This document shows positions 45,832-54,504 of a DNA stretch of 64,000 nucleotides, piece after piece. The notes below the pieces were generated by a model. That model did not search any database. It was not told where the DNA came from and saw only the letters and a program-made list of their open reading frames with translations. Made by a program: the position numbers and the translations under genes. Each line of letters starts with the position of its first letter. Positions within the stretch are counted from its first letter, which is position 1. The DNA comes from Escherichia phage AV111, in the sequence record OR352941.1. One strand, given 5' to 3'.

Positions 45832-46788
45832 TTATTTGAAAGGTTTTACCATATGGAAATTTTGTTTGAAACGTTTGACGTAATCGTCATGTCCTAAGCT
45901 TTGGTACATACTTACTACTTTGCTGTAGTTTTCCCAGGCGTATTCACGGAACCAACCGGAGGTGATGCTTGTGCAGACTTTTTCCAATGCCATTATGAAA
46001 CTGGCTTCAGGGTTAATTTCAAAGTTATTAGGAATCTGAGAACGTTCTAATGCTAGTACACATGATTCTTCATATACACCGGCCAATTTGACCATTTCTG
46101 GTAATGATTCGAACTTCTCGCGTGAGGTCATGACTTCAGAACCATCTTTCATGTAAAATGTATACGCTGGACGGTCAGTTAGTGCAATGGCTTCATGGAT
46201 AGTATCATGGTCATATGTATAGATGTCATCTTTAAAGAACGCACTTTTAGAAGTGTCAAGAACTGGGTGAGCATAATTCAAGGTTTCTTTCTGGCGTTTC
46301 AGCATAATTTCAGTAAGTTCATCGTTCAGTGTAACACCTTTACCACGAAGATACTGAATATGGTTCATAGTCTTTAAAAAGAATGGATTATTTTTCTTGA
46401 AACGATGAGACATCTTAATTGCAAGACATATCTCAGGAGTTGCCCAGTAAAACCCGTTCAAACGGTCTTTAGTCAAATTTTTCTTGGCGTATTTTAAAAG
46501 GTCATAAGAAGACGTGAAATCTTCAGGAGTGAGTTCACCGACTAATTCACGGACATTAGTGATTGCCGGAACAATATATGCTTCAAAATGAGTTTCGCGT
46601 CCATTATGGAAGCATTTGAAAACTTGGACATCAGGGTTATCTTGGTGAACATATACACCCATCATTTGATTTTTGAATGCATTCCAAGAACATTGGTCCG
46701 CAATAAAGTCCCAATCACTATTTTTAATAGCGCTAGAATCAATAAGACCGTGATAGTGAAGTGCACGAGAACCAATAACTAACATCAT
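45832..46788 (-). CDS. hypothetical protein, 318 aa
   Basis: ORF track. Confidence 0.55.
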   Translation of the reverse strand: MMLVIGSRALHYHGLIDSSAIKNSDWDFIADQCSWNAFKNQMMGVYVHQDNPDVQVFKCFHNGRETHFEAYIVPAITNVRELVGELTPEDFTSSYDLLKYAKKNLTKDRLNGFYWATPEICLAIKMSHRFKKNNPFFLKTMNHIQYLRGKGVTLNDELTEIMLKRQKETLNYAHPVLDTSKSAFFKDDIYTYDHDTIHEAIALTDRPAYTFYMKDGSEVMTSREKFESLPEMVKLAGVYEESCVLALERSQIPNNFEINPEASFIMALEKVCTSITSGWFREYAWENYSKVVSMYQSLGHDDYVKRFKQNFHMVKPFK

Positions 46789-46816
46789 AATATTTTCCTC
46801 GGATTAATTCATTAAC

Positions 46817-47068
46817 TTAAATTTCACGACATGCGATATTATATTCATCCCAGAGGTCATCATGTGAAGCCTCTACCAATGGAACGATTGTACCGTTTAT
46901 GTCTTCATTATAAGGGCAAATTGTACAGTGCGCATCTTCGAATCGGATGCCTTTGTGTTCAGATTTTTTATAACGCATATCGAATATCTTTGCAAACTTT
47001 TCACGAGTAATGGTTTTAGCAACTACTTTGGTTCCGATACTTTCGTAATAAATCATTGTGGACTCCAT
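46817..47068 (-). CDS. hypothetical protein, 83 aa
   Basis: ORF track; start codon immediately downstream of promoter copy. Confidence 0.5.
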   Translation of the reverse strand: MESTMIYYESIGTKVVAKTITREKFAKIFDMRYKKSEHKGIRFEDAHCTICPYNEDINGTIVPLVEASHDDLWDEYNIACREI

Positions 47069-47084
47069 TTGTTTTGATAGGACT

Positions 47085-47114
47085 ACTATAACATAGCCCT
47101 ATCTTGTTGTAAAC
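47085..47114 (-). promoter_or_regulatory. early promoter copy (GTTTAC-18-TATAGT) in palindrome
   Basis: rc GTTTACAACAAGATAGGGCTATGTTATAGTAGTCCTATC. Confidence 0.6.
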
Positions 47115-47118
47115 TGTT

Positions 47119-47316
47119 TTAGCAAGAATAACTAGATGATACCCAGCCTTGAACAGTGATACTATTGTGGGATAATGAGATCGCGTCCTGGAGATTCAGA
47201 CCTGCGTTATCTTCAATCCATAATGTAACTTCTTCGCGTTCTTCTGTTGCAATTTGGAACAGGTTTTCCAGAGCAGCTACTGCCGTACGTACAGCACAAT
47301 CTAATTCACGAGACAT
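47119..47316 (-). CDS. small protein, paralog family member (C-terminal GWVSSSYSC)
   Basis: Shares C-terminal GWV[AS]SS..C with the next two ORFs. Confidence 0.5.
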   Translation of the reverse strand: MSRELDCAVRTAVAALENLFQIATEEREEVTLWIEDNAGLNLQDAISLSHNSITVQGWVSSSYSC

Positions 47317-47325
47317 ATGGTTTCC

Positions 47326-47598
47326 TTAGCAAGTGTGAGAAGATGCGACCCAGCCGCCATCTTCAAGGCTCAGGTTGTAGTCGTATTGGTAAACGTCAGC
47401 CCATTCAGCCTGGCCGTTTTTTGTACAACGTTCAAGATCGGCTTTAAGATGTCCGGGTGAATGATAGGTTCCACCCATACCATAAGCTGGATACAAGTTG
47501 AACGTTGTGTTTTGTTTATCAGCAATTTCTTTGGCAGCCTCAATAGCTGCATAGATTTTTGCTACAGCTTCAGCCAGTTCGGTTTGTTCTTTAGACAT
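47326..47598 (-). CDS. small protein, paralog family member (C-terminal GGWVASSHTC)
   Basis: Tandem paralog. Confidence 0.55.
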   Translation of the reverse strand: MSKEQTELAEAVAKIYAAIEAAKEIADKQNTTFNLYPAYGMGGTYHSPGHLKADLERCTKNGQAEWADVYQYDYNLSLEDGGWVASSHTC

Positions 47599-47607
47599 AA
47601 TGATTCC

Positions 47608-47913
47608 TTAGCACAACGCAGAAGACGAAACCCAAGCACCTTCAGTAATAACGTAACCATTACCTTCACGCTTAACATCGCCACCATTATTTTCAATTTC
47701 ATCTTTCATCCACTGGGATACGATTTCACCCTTAGGATAATAAGTACGGCCGCTACCATAATCACCTACAGAAAATGATACGGCATATTGGTCTGCGATC
47801 TTTGTTGCTTCTTCTTCGATACGTTCAGCTTGATTCAGAAGTTTATAAATTGCATCTGAAGCGGATTTGGCATCATTAAACTCTGGTACTTTAATTTCAA
47901 TAATCTTACTCAT
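47608..47913 (-). CDS. small protein, paralog family member (C-terminal GAWVSSSALC)
   Basis: Tandem paralog. Confidence 0.55.
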   Translation of the reverse strand: MSKIIEIKVPEFNDAKSASDAIYKLLNQAERIEEEATKIADQYAVSFSVGDYGSGRTYYPKGEIVSQWMKDEIENNGGDVKREGNGYVITEGAWVSSSALC

Positions 47914-48269
47914 TTTCTACATTCCTTAATAAAGTTTTCGATTGTTTCATTTTCACGTTTAGCTAGAAGTTCATTATAACTAATCATTTGAGAAGCGTAA
48001 ATATTTTTATTTTTCTTGTTATGGTTTATAAAATCGTAGTAAAAATAGACTACGGTACAAAAGGATGCGATGGATGCAAAGGCTTGGGTATACCGTAAGT
48101 CCTGCCATTGGTCTGTGAATCCACCAGTGTTCCCTATAAATCCTAACACAACGCCGTCAATAAGAAATCCAACTAATCCAAAGGCAAATCCCATGCCAAT
48201 ACTCATAATAAAAATTAGAATGTTCTCACCAAGAGAAGGCCATACGGTTAAGAGTTGAGGCTTTTGCAT
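47910..48269 (-). CDS. membrane protein, 119 aa
   Basis: ORF track. Confidence 0.5.
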   Translation of the reverse strand: MQKPQLLTVWPSLGENILIFIMSIGMGFAFGLVGFLIDGVVLGFIGNTGGFTDQWQDLRYTQAFASIASFCTVVYFYYDFINHNKKNKNIYASQMISYNELLAKRENETIENFIKECRK

Positions 48270-48673
48270 CTTATTTCCTTAACGAATTCCATAGCTTCTT
48301 CATATTCATACTTTTTAACAGCTTCATCATACTGAGCTTTGGCTTTTGCGCACTGAACTTTCCATTCACGAACTCGAGCTCTGTGATGACGGCCTTGGTA
48401 CCAATATCCCACCCAGTTAATAGGCATTAATAAAAATGGCACAATAAACGGCCCGGCTATAACAAGTAAAAACACTGCATCAGACGATATAACTTCACTA
48501 GAATCTAAAACAGCTCCTATAATCATAAAGATTAAAAATGCTAAAGCTAAAATAGGGCCAAATAGTACTTCGTTTGGGATTAATTTACGTTTGTATTCGT
48601 ATGCCCAGGGCTTACTTGGCATGTATAGGGTTGGCTTTGACATATTCTCTACATTCCATAATAAATTGCTCAA
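48248..48673 (-). CDS. membrane protein, 141 aa
   Basis: ORF track. Confidence 0.5.
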   Translation of the reverse strand: MSNLLWNVENMSKPTLYMPSKPWAYEYKRKLIPNEVLFGPILALAFLIFMIIGAVLDSSEVISSDAVFLLVIAGPFIVPFLLMPINWVGYWYQGRHHRARVREWKVQCAKAKAQYDEAVKKYEYEEAMEFVKEIRCKSLNS

Positions 48674-49214
48674 GGATTAAATTGTTAGTGAAATTAGGAC
48701 TAACAACCATAGTTTCATAAAGCGCGTCAATAGCACTTAAAGCATCAACTCTTTTAAGCAAAGGCTTGCCTTCATACATAGTTTCAGAATCGATGATTAA
48801 CGTAAAGTAATATTTTTTATTATCGACTAGAACTTCTGTATCGATATAAAACATATTAGACCTCAGAAGCTTATCTCTAAAACCATAATAATCTTCTGAA
48901 CGTTCACTGATATATTCCAATTCGGTGTTTAAACAACAAACAGACCACGTAGGAGCAACGAAATCAGTGAATCTAATATCATGGTCTGCAACTAGTTTAG
49001 CAATAGCTCCGATATCATGAATCATAATACCTGGGGCTAATAAAGATTTTCTGCTATGGCTAGCCGTTTTCTCGGTGGTCTCATAAGAAGACGACCAGTA
49101 CCATTTACGTCCGGTTGCAACATATCGTAATGAATCAACTAAAGACGTAGGTGGATTTACCTTATCTCGGAACTCTTCGAACATTGAGTCAATATCATTA
49201 TTTTGGTTTCGCAT
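48612..49214 (-). CDS. hypothetical protein (~200 aa)
   Basis: ORF track 48612..49235; internal MRNQNNDID start after terminator. Confidence 0.5.
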   Translation of the reverse strand: MRNQNNDIDSMFEEFRDKVNPPTSLVDSLRYVATGRKWYWSSSYETTEKTASHSRKSLLAPGIMIHDIGAIAKLVADHDIRFTDFVAPTWSVCCLNTELEYISERSEDYYGFRDKLLRSNMFYIDTEVLVDNKKYYFTLIIDSETMYEGKPLLKRVDALSAIDALYETMVVSPNFTNNLILEQFIMECREYVKANPIHAK

Positions 49215-49231
49215 GTTAACTCCTTTATTAT

Positions 49232-49255
49232 CCAAAAGGAGGACCGGAGTCCTCC
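49232..49255 (-). terminator. rho-independent terminator (GGAGGAC-TCCG-GTCCTCC + TTTTGG)
   Basis: Hairpin just downstream of the stop of 49264..49872. Confidence 0.6.
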
Positions 49256-49263
49256 GTATTATT

Positions 49264-49872
49264 TTATTTCAAAGAGTTAATATATTCTTGTACATCAGCA
49301 GAAGTGGTTTCAACACCAGCTGGAGTGCCATTGAACGTTTCAACACGAGTCAGAGTATCTTCGATATCAACCTTAGTCAGTGCAGCGATTTCAATTACAT
49401 CATCGGCCGTAGAGATACCAAGGGCATTAGCTGCTCGAGTTTCACGAATGTATTCGAGTTTGATTGCCAGATTCTGACGAGCATCATCAAGTTCAACCAC
49501 CTTACGAGCAATTTCAATTCGCATAGCGGCATACCCATCAGCTTTTGTATTAAGTTGTTCGGCAGTTCGACGATACAGAAGACCAAGCTTAGCATGCATA
49601 GTAACATCTTGTCCTTCAGCCAGGAGCTTACGAATTTCACGTTCCTTAGAAGCGGCTTGCTTGTTCTTTTCATTAACAAGTTCGCGAATACGTTTTTCTT
49701 CATTAATAGATTTAACAGAAGCCGTTTTTAGTTCTTTGATTTGGGTAATCAACTTATCTGCAGCTGCGTTATACTGTTCTTCGACAGTCAGATTTTTAGC
49801 CATAGCAGTACCCAGTTTAGTGCGGATGAATTCAACAAGTTTCTTCAGTGTGTTCATATTATTACCTTTCAA
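49264..49872 (-). CDS. coiled-coil protein, 202 aa
   Basis: ORF track. Confidence 0.55.
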   Translation of the reverse strand: MKGNNMNTLKKLVEFIRTKLGTAMAKNLTVEEQYNAAADKLITQIKELKTASVKSINEEKRIRELVNEKNKQAASKEREIRKLLAEGQDVTMHAKLGLLYRRTAEQLNTKADGYAAMRIEIARKVVELDDARQNLAIKLEYIRETRAANALGISTADDVIEIAALTKVDIEDTLTRVETFNGTPAGVETTSADVQEYINSLK

Positions 49873-49882
49873 TTGGTGGTTT

Positions 49883-49910
49883 ATTATCCAACGAGAGCAT
49901 TATACTCTGC
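49883..49910 (-). promoter_or_regulatory. early promoter (-35 TTTACA, -10 TATAAT) inside inverted repeat
   Basis: Duplicate of the 19666..19694 element. Confidence 0.55.
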
Positions 49911-49927
49911 TCTCAAGAGTTTGTAAA

Positions 49928-50155
49928 TTATTTTTTAATCAAATTGACATAAAACTTGGCGTCTTCGGGGTGCATGCCTTCGCAGTATTCTTCAACCATG
50001 AACTTCTTAACAGCTTCATAAGGACCACTCAGATTAAGCTCAGTTGTCCAGAACTTGGAATCTTGGGCTGAATCGATACGAACTTCAGGGTGTCGGTTGC
50101 GAATAACTTCTTCGGTGTATTCATAATCAACGACATCAATACTAACTTTAGCCAT
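49928..50155 (-). CDS. hypothetical protein, 75 aa
   Basis: ORF track. Confidence 0.45.
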   Translation of the reverse strand: MAKVSIDVVDYEYTEEVIRNRHPEVRIDSAQDSKFWTTELNLSGPYEAVKKFMVEEYCEGMHPEDAKFYVNLIKK

Positions 50156-50202
50156 TTTGTTTCTCCTCTTGATTTGATGTGATTACTATAACATAAACGT
50201 AC

Positions 50203-50367
50203 TTAGATGTAAATTATTTCAACGTCACCTTTAGCTGCTTTATAACCTTCAGCCCAAGATACAACAGAGTTTTTATCTGAGGATTCAAATTCAGGCATTG
50301 GACTTTCACCAATATTCACACAGTATGTTTCTTCATTTTCATCAAACCAAATAATTAAAGTAGTCAT
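50203..50367 (-). CDS. small protein, 54 aa (not in ORF track)
   Basis: Own translation MTTLIIWFDENEETYCVNIGESPMPEFESS...; GGAG RBS; promoter 50398..50425 upstream. Confidence 0.35.
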   Translation of the reverse strand: MTTLIIWFDENEETYCVNIGESPMPEFESSDKNSVVSWAEGYKAAKGDVEIIYI

Positions 50368-50434
50368 TTTGTTTACTCCTCTGTAGTTGATAAGTCTATA
50401 GTATCACCATCCTTGGGGCTTGTACATCATTATT

Positions 50435-50740
50435 TTATTTTTTCCAACTCAACAACTTGTAGTGCCCTTCATTCGTACGAGGTTTATCCCAAGAAATACT
50501 AATATATGATTCGCTGTCAATAGAAGTCGCCGGGTTTTTCTCTACCGTAAGACCTTCACTTTCCAGCCACTCAATAGTATTTGCGCATAAATCTGAAGAA
50601 CACCTAATCGGAAACCGGCAAGATTTTTCACCTTTAGCTGCAGCGTTATACATCTTTTCTAAAATACGCTTTTGCACGTTTTTAAAAATAGTTTCAGCAG
50701 ATTCTTCAGATTTTTTATTCAGTTCAGTGTAAAGACTCAT
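50435..50740 (-). CDS. hypothetical protein, 101 aa
   Basis: ORF track; promoter 50769..50797 upstream. Confidence 0.5.
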   Translation of the reverse strand: MSLYTELNKKSEESAETIFKNVQKRILEKMYNAAAKGEKSCRFPIRCSSDLCANTIEWLESEGLTVEKNPATSIDSESYISISWDKPRTNEGHYKLLSWKK

Positions 50741-50768
50741 AACATTTTCCTCTGTGGTTGATAAGTCT

Positions 50769-50797
50769 ATAGTATCATGTCCTTAGAAGAAGTAAAC
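50769..50797 (-). promoter_or_regulatory. early promoter (-35 GTTTAC, -10 TACTAT)
   Basis: rc GTTTACTTCTTCTAAGGACATGATACTAT, directly downstream of terminator 50829..50857. Confidence 0.55.
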
Positions 50798-50828
50798 ATC
50801 TTTATGAAATATTTTTATGCCCTAGATA

Positions 50829-50857
50829 CCAAAAAGCCCCAACCTTTCGGAAGGGGC
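50829..50857 (-). terminator. rho-independent terminator (GCCCC-ttccgaaaggtt-GGGGC + U-tract), repeat family
   Basis: Nearly identical to 51373..51402. Confidence 0.6.
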
Positions 50858-50863
50858 ATTCTA

Positions 50864-51127
50864 TTATTTAATTTGTTTAGCAGACCAGATACGGTCTTTA
50901 ATAAGTTTTTGGATATCTTCAACATACTCAAGGCTATGAGCGTGAGGATTATCTTTGAAGCTATGTGCTCGTGCCAGTTTCTGGCCTTCTGTTTTGATTA
51001 CTAAAAGCTCTTTAAGAATTGCTTCATACTTAGAAATAATTCCTTTGGCGATATTTTTTTTCTTGAGCTGCTTTAGGGTCCGCTTTTGGCGCAGGTGCTT
51101 TACCTGTAGCTTTCTGGAACAATTCAC
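50864..51127 (-). CDS. hypothetical lysine-rich protein, 87 aa (overlaps 3' end of next gene)
   Basis: ORF track; 98-nt out-of-frame overlap with 51030..51329 makes one of the two starts doubtful. Confidence 0.35.
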   Translation of the reverse strand: MNCSRKLQVKHLRQKRTLKQLKKKNIAKGIISKYEAILKELLVIKTEGQKLARAHSFKDNPHAHSLEYVEDIQKLIKDRIWSAKQIK

Positions 51128-51329
51128 CTGATGCAGCTAGGCTTTTAAAAACTCGGCTAACAGTATTAGCATTAGTAAAACCTTCGGCTTTAAAATCTCT
51201 AATAAAACGGAAACGTTCTTCATCAGAGGCGTCTTTGTAAGAATATTTACCTGCTTGAATTGCTGCAATCGCAGCGGCTTTTACATCTGAACTAGATTGT
51301 TCAGTCAAAAATTCAGCGTATGATTTCAT
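51030..51329 (-). CDS. internal head protein with capsid-targeting leader (MKSYAEFLTEQ)
   Basis: CTS-like N-terminus. Confidence 0.6.
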   Translation of the reverse strand: MKSYAEFLTEQSSSDVKAAAIAAIQAGKYSYKDASDEERFRFIRDFKAEGFTNANTVSRVFKSLAASGELFQKATGKAPAPKADPKAAQEKKYRQRNYF

Positions 51330-51372
51330 GTTGCTTTTCCTAAGTTAATTAACTTATCTATTTATTATTATG

Positions 51373-51402
51373 CCAAAAAGCCCCGACCTTTCGGAAGGGG
51401 CT
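51373..51402 (-). terminator. rho-independent terminator (AGCCCC-ttccgaaaggtc-GGGGCT + TTTTTGG)
   Basis: Hairpin plus U-tract at the downstream end of the structured RNA region. Confidence 0.6.
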
Positions 51403-51712
51403 AAGCCTTGCGGCAACCTTGTCGGGGTTCCACCTGCTAAGGCAAGTGTTTGTACGAAACGCCGGGATTCGAACCCGGTTATTAAGTAGTTGACGCTACT
51501 CAATATTTTTAAAAGGCCATATCTCGACCATATCCGAACGTTCCGTCAAAAACGCTACTCGGCTTACGGCAAAGATATTTCCTCGAATCGATAATTCGGT
51601 GCGCCGTTTCTGCTGTGATGTAAGGGGATATTAACGAATCATAAAGATTTATTAAGACCAGTCCTTACTCAGGGAACATCAGTCCGACGACTTACCGGTA
51701 GCGACCCGGCTT
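51403..51712 (-). ncRNA. non-coding structured RNA region with a canonical tRNA-like T-arm (CCGGGTTCGAATCCCGG at 51461-51477); possible small stable RNAs or degenerate tRNA
   Basis: No ORF of 60 aa or more; T-arm consensus on minus strand; I could not fold a complete cloverleaf by hand. Confidence 0.3.
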
Positions 51713-51713
51713 C

Positions 51714-52058
51714 TTATTTTGGCATATCATCAATTTGCTCTCGACGCCGACGCCATAGATTAATCGCTTCATTGGCACATTCTGCGTTTGGTATATGACG
51801 GCAATAATATAATGATTCGCGTTTCTGGAACCGATGTTGTAATGGGATTTCGTTTAAAAGGTCTTTACGGTCAAAGTATTCAAAACTAGTTAACCCGGAA
51901 CGGTTTTTAATGAACTTCCAATGTCCAAATTCATTTTGAACATAGATGTAATCGGCATGTTGGTATAACAAATTAATCAATCGGTCTGAAATAACTGTAT
52001 CATGTTCGTTAAAATAAAACGTTAAATCATGAACTACCAGATAAATATTGCCTTTCAT
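51714..52058 (-). CDS. hypothetical protein (~114 aa; start at internal MKGNIYLVV)
   Basis: ORF track 51714..52109; the listed N-terminus overlaps tRNA-Arg, so the internal Met is used. Confidence 0.5.
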   Translation of the reverse strand: MKGNIYLVVHDLTFYFNEHDTVISDRLINLLYQHADYIYVQNEFGHWKFIKNRSGLTSFEYFDRKDLLNEIPLQHRFQKRESLYYCRHIPNAECANEAINLWRRRREQIDDMPK

Positions 52059-52076
52059 ATTTTCCTCACTTAAAGT

Positions 52077-52152
52077 TGGTGCCTCTAGAAAGATTTGAAC
52101 TCTCACCATTAACCTTAGAATGATTATATGCTATCCATTACACTATAGAGGC
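52077..52152 (-). tRNA. tRNA-Arg (anticodon UCU), 76 nt with encoded CCA
   Basis: Hand-folded cloverleaf: acceptor GCCTCTA/TAGAGGC, D-arm with GG, anticodon loop ATTCTAA, T-arm GAGAG-TTCAAAT-CTTTC, ACCA end. Confidence 0.75.
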
Positions 52153-52809
52153 AATTAAATTATTTACAATATCTTCTTTATAAACTTCAGCATAATGAAG
52201 TTCATATATTTCCCATCCTAATGATTTTATAATATCATGGCGTTCTTTATAATAAGGGGCCAAAATCTTTTTCTTAGGATTGGAGTAATGTTGGTTTCCA
52301 TTAACTTCAATAATAATCTTTTTATCTATTAAAGCAATATCCGTGCAATACGCTCGGTTTTTAACCGGTTGGTATTCTTCAATAAATGAAATTCCATTTT
52401 CTATTAATTTAGATTTCAAAAATTCACAAGGCACAGATTTAAATTTTGTATTTTTCTTCCAAGGATGTTTATCGGGGTTTTCATTCAACCATTTTTTCCG
52501 AGCATTAGATATTTTTATTCTAGCTTCCTCAGAGTGTTCTCTACCTAATGAAGCGGCTGACAATTTTTGTCTAGTCTCTTCCGAAATTACTACAGGAACA
52601 CCAGTCTTTTTAGATACAACATACTGGTTTAAATTACCTGAAGCTATACGTGCTTTATTCATTGCTGCAATGGCTGATTTAGAACTTTCTTTATACAATT
52701 CCAATTTAGGGTTGGATTTACACCATCTAGTGTGGTTAGCCATCCATCCTTTAGGTTTATTAGAAATATCAAATTCCATATTACAATGTTTACAAATGCT
52801 CATTACCAA
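52138..52809 (-). CDS. homing endonuclease-like protein: N-terminal zinc finger, NUMOD3-like motif, C-terminal Vsr/DUF559-like PD-(D/E)xK nuclease domain
   Basis: CKHCN...WCKSNPK; SEETRQKLSAASLGREHSEEARIKIS; YCTDIALIDKKIIIEVNGNQHYS; last 5 codons overlap tRNA-Arg 5' end. Confidence 0.65.
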   Translation of the reverse strand: MVMSICKHCNMEFDISNKPKGWMANHTRWCKSNPKLELYKESSKSAIAAMNKARIASGNLNQYVVSKKTGVPVVISEETRQKLSAASLGREHSEEARIKISNARKKWLNENPDKHPWKKNTKFKSVPCEFLKSKLIENGISFIEEYQPVKNRAYCTDIALIDKKIIIEVNGNQHYSNPKKKILAPYYKERHDIIKSLGWEIYELHYAEVYKEDIVNNLIASIV

Positions 52810-52877
52810 TTATCTCCTATAAAATATAGGAGTATTTATTATTTGGATAGAGCACTTAATTTACTTCGTTTAAATTA

Positions 52878-52949
52878 CTGGCGCACTTTGACTCGAACCA
52901 AGATAAAGGAGTTAACAGCTCCCCGTAATAACCTTTATACGATGCACCA
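52878..52949 (-). tRNA. tRNA-Asn (anticodon GUU), CCA not encoded
   Basis: Acceptor TGGTGCA/TGCGCCA, anticodon loop CTGTTAA, T-loop TTCGAGT; T-stem has one mismatch. Confidence 0.6.
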
Positions 52950-52955
52950 TTTGTT

Positions 52956-53030
52956 TGGTGACCCTGGCTGGTTTCGATCCAGCTACCTATCAGTTATGAG
53001 CTGACAGCTCTCCCATTGAGCTACAGGGCC
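52956..53030 (-). tRNA. tRNA with CAU anticodon (Ile2/lysidine-type or elongator Met), 75 nt with encoded CCA
   Basis: Acceptor GGCCCTG/CAGGGTC with C4-G69 and C5-G68, D-stem GCTC/GAGC, anticodon loop CTCATAA, T-arm GCTGG-ATCGAAA-CCAGC. Confidence 0.75.
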
Positions 53031-53109
53031 TAAATAACTTTCTATTATGAAAGGCACTTTAGAGCACCTTTGGTAATAGAGGGTATTAATTAATAATAAC
53101 ACATAATTC

Positions 53110-53625
53110 TTAAAGCAAATCAATCATTTTAACAGTTGGCAAAACGATTTCTTCTTCAATATAAGCAAATTCAACACATTCAACTACACGCAAGAAATCA
53201 TAATCATAATATTCAGAAGCATGACCAAGAATATCAATGAGACCTTCTGATACCAAATATCCATTCTCACGGAACAGGTCGAATACACGCGATTCGTCTT
53301 CTTCAGATTTATTACCAAGGTCGACTTCAATATCAAAGACCTTTTTAATGAATTCTGGATAAAGCTGGTCCGAGAACAGTCCTTCAACTAAGTATTCATA
53401 GATTAAAAGTGAGCAATCACTGAATGGTGTATTACCACAGTAACGTTCAGCTTTAGTGCTGGAATGACGACTCTTAAATTTCTTCAAAAGATATTTAAAC
53501 TGTTGGAGCTCATGCTCTTCCACACCAAATAACGTTTTGGTTTTATAGTTGTCGCCGTCATTTTCCCAAGTAGTGACATCAATTACGTAACCCTTAGGAA
53601 TTGTACTGCCTAAACAAATATTCAT
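53110..53625 (-). CDS. hypothetical acidic protein, 171 aa
   Basis: ORF track. Confidence 0.55.
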   Translation of the reverse strand: MNICLGSTIPKGYVIDVTTWENDGDNYKTKTLFGVEEHELQQFKYLLKKFKSRHSSTKAERYCGNTPFSDCSLLIYEYLVEGLFSDQLYPEFIKKVFDIEVDLGNKSEEDESRVFDLFRENGYLVSEGLIDILGHASEYYDYDFLRVVECVEFAYIEEEIVLPTVKMIDLL

Positions 53626-53629
53626 TTAC

Positions 53630-53920
53630 TCACCGTACCATATTAATGTAATTATATTCAATGCAACGTAATTTCAAAGGATTCTTGAAAATATCATATT
53701 CAAGAGGACCTTTTTCTGTTTCAATAAAGAAATCAAAGTTCACACTATTAAATTTGCGGTCTTCCCAAAGTAATTTAACCTGTGAAGATGAACGGTCGAC
53801 GTAAACCTTTTCAACTTCAAAGTGGGTCAAAATACCATAGTAATCGACTAGTGCTTTAGCTGCACGTTGATCGCTCTCATATCCGTTCTCGACAGATTTT
53901 ACTTTAGCATAAAGAATCAT
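53630..53920 (-). CDS. hypothetical protein, 96 aa
   Basis: ORF track. Confidence 0.5.
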   Translation of the reverse strand: MILYAKVKSVENGYESDQRAAKALVDYYGILTHFEVEKVYVDRSSSQVKLLWEDRKFNSVNFDFFIETEKGPLEYDIFKNPLKLRCIEYNYINMVR

Positions 53921-54288
53921 GAATGTTCCACCATTTCAAAGGTATGAGCATCAACAATATGATACCAGTCAAAATTTTCTTCCGCGTTTTTATAAATTTC
54001 GCGAAGAGCCTCAACAGTTTTTCCTGTAGCAACAAGGTCGTCAATACCACCAAGAGGATAACAGTCATAACCAGCAAACAGAAGGAAATTAATAGTTTCT
54101 GTAGGTTCTGGATGCAGTGTACCGTTGTCATCGACTACTTCAAAGAAAGTGTAAGAAGGAGTACAAGTTTTAATCCAAGCCCATGCTTGAGCTGCCGAAT
54201 CAAATGGTCTGCGTATTAAACGACAATCAGGGTCTTTAGAAGGATTTGCTTCAAAATCCGCATATACGTGATATTTCATTTTACTCAC
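53917..54288 (-). CDS. hypothetical protein, 123 aa
   Basis: ORF track. Confidence 0.5.
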   Translation of the reverse strand: MSKMKYHVYADFEANPSKDPDCRLIRRPFDSAAQAWAWIKTCTPSYTFFEVVDDNGTLHPEPTETINFLLFAGYDCYPLGGIDDLVATGKTVEALREIYKNAEENFDWYHIVDAHTFEMVEHS

Positions 54289-54488
54289 CTTTTTGCAATT
54301 TTATCCATAACGATAGCGATTAAACCGATTAGAAATGCTACTACCAATGAGATAGAATTTTCAGTTGTTGTCAGTAGTCCGCAAATGAATCCTACAAACA
54401 TCGAAAAACTAAAAGCCATTGAAGCAATTACTACAGCAACATTACGAATCAGTTCAGCGCGTTTCATTTTATTTCTCCATTTACTCAT
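54285..54488 (-). CDS. small membrane protein, 67 aa
   Basis: ORF track; hydrophobic. Confidence 0.5.
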   Translation of the reverse strand: MSKWRNKMKRAELIRNVAVVIASMAFSFSMFVGFICGLLTTTENSISLVVAFLIGLIAIVMDKIAKR

Positions 54489-54504
54489 TTGTTTTGATAG
54501 GACT

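Noticed and set aside
51403-51712. A fourth complete tRNA around the T-arm at 51461-51477
   Set aside because: I could not pair a 7-bp acceptor stem or place an anticodon arm at canonical distances; reported only as a tRNA-like structured RNA region.
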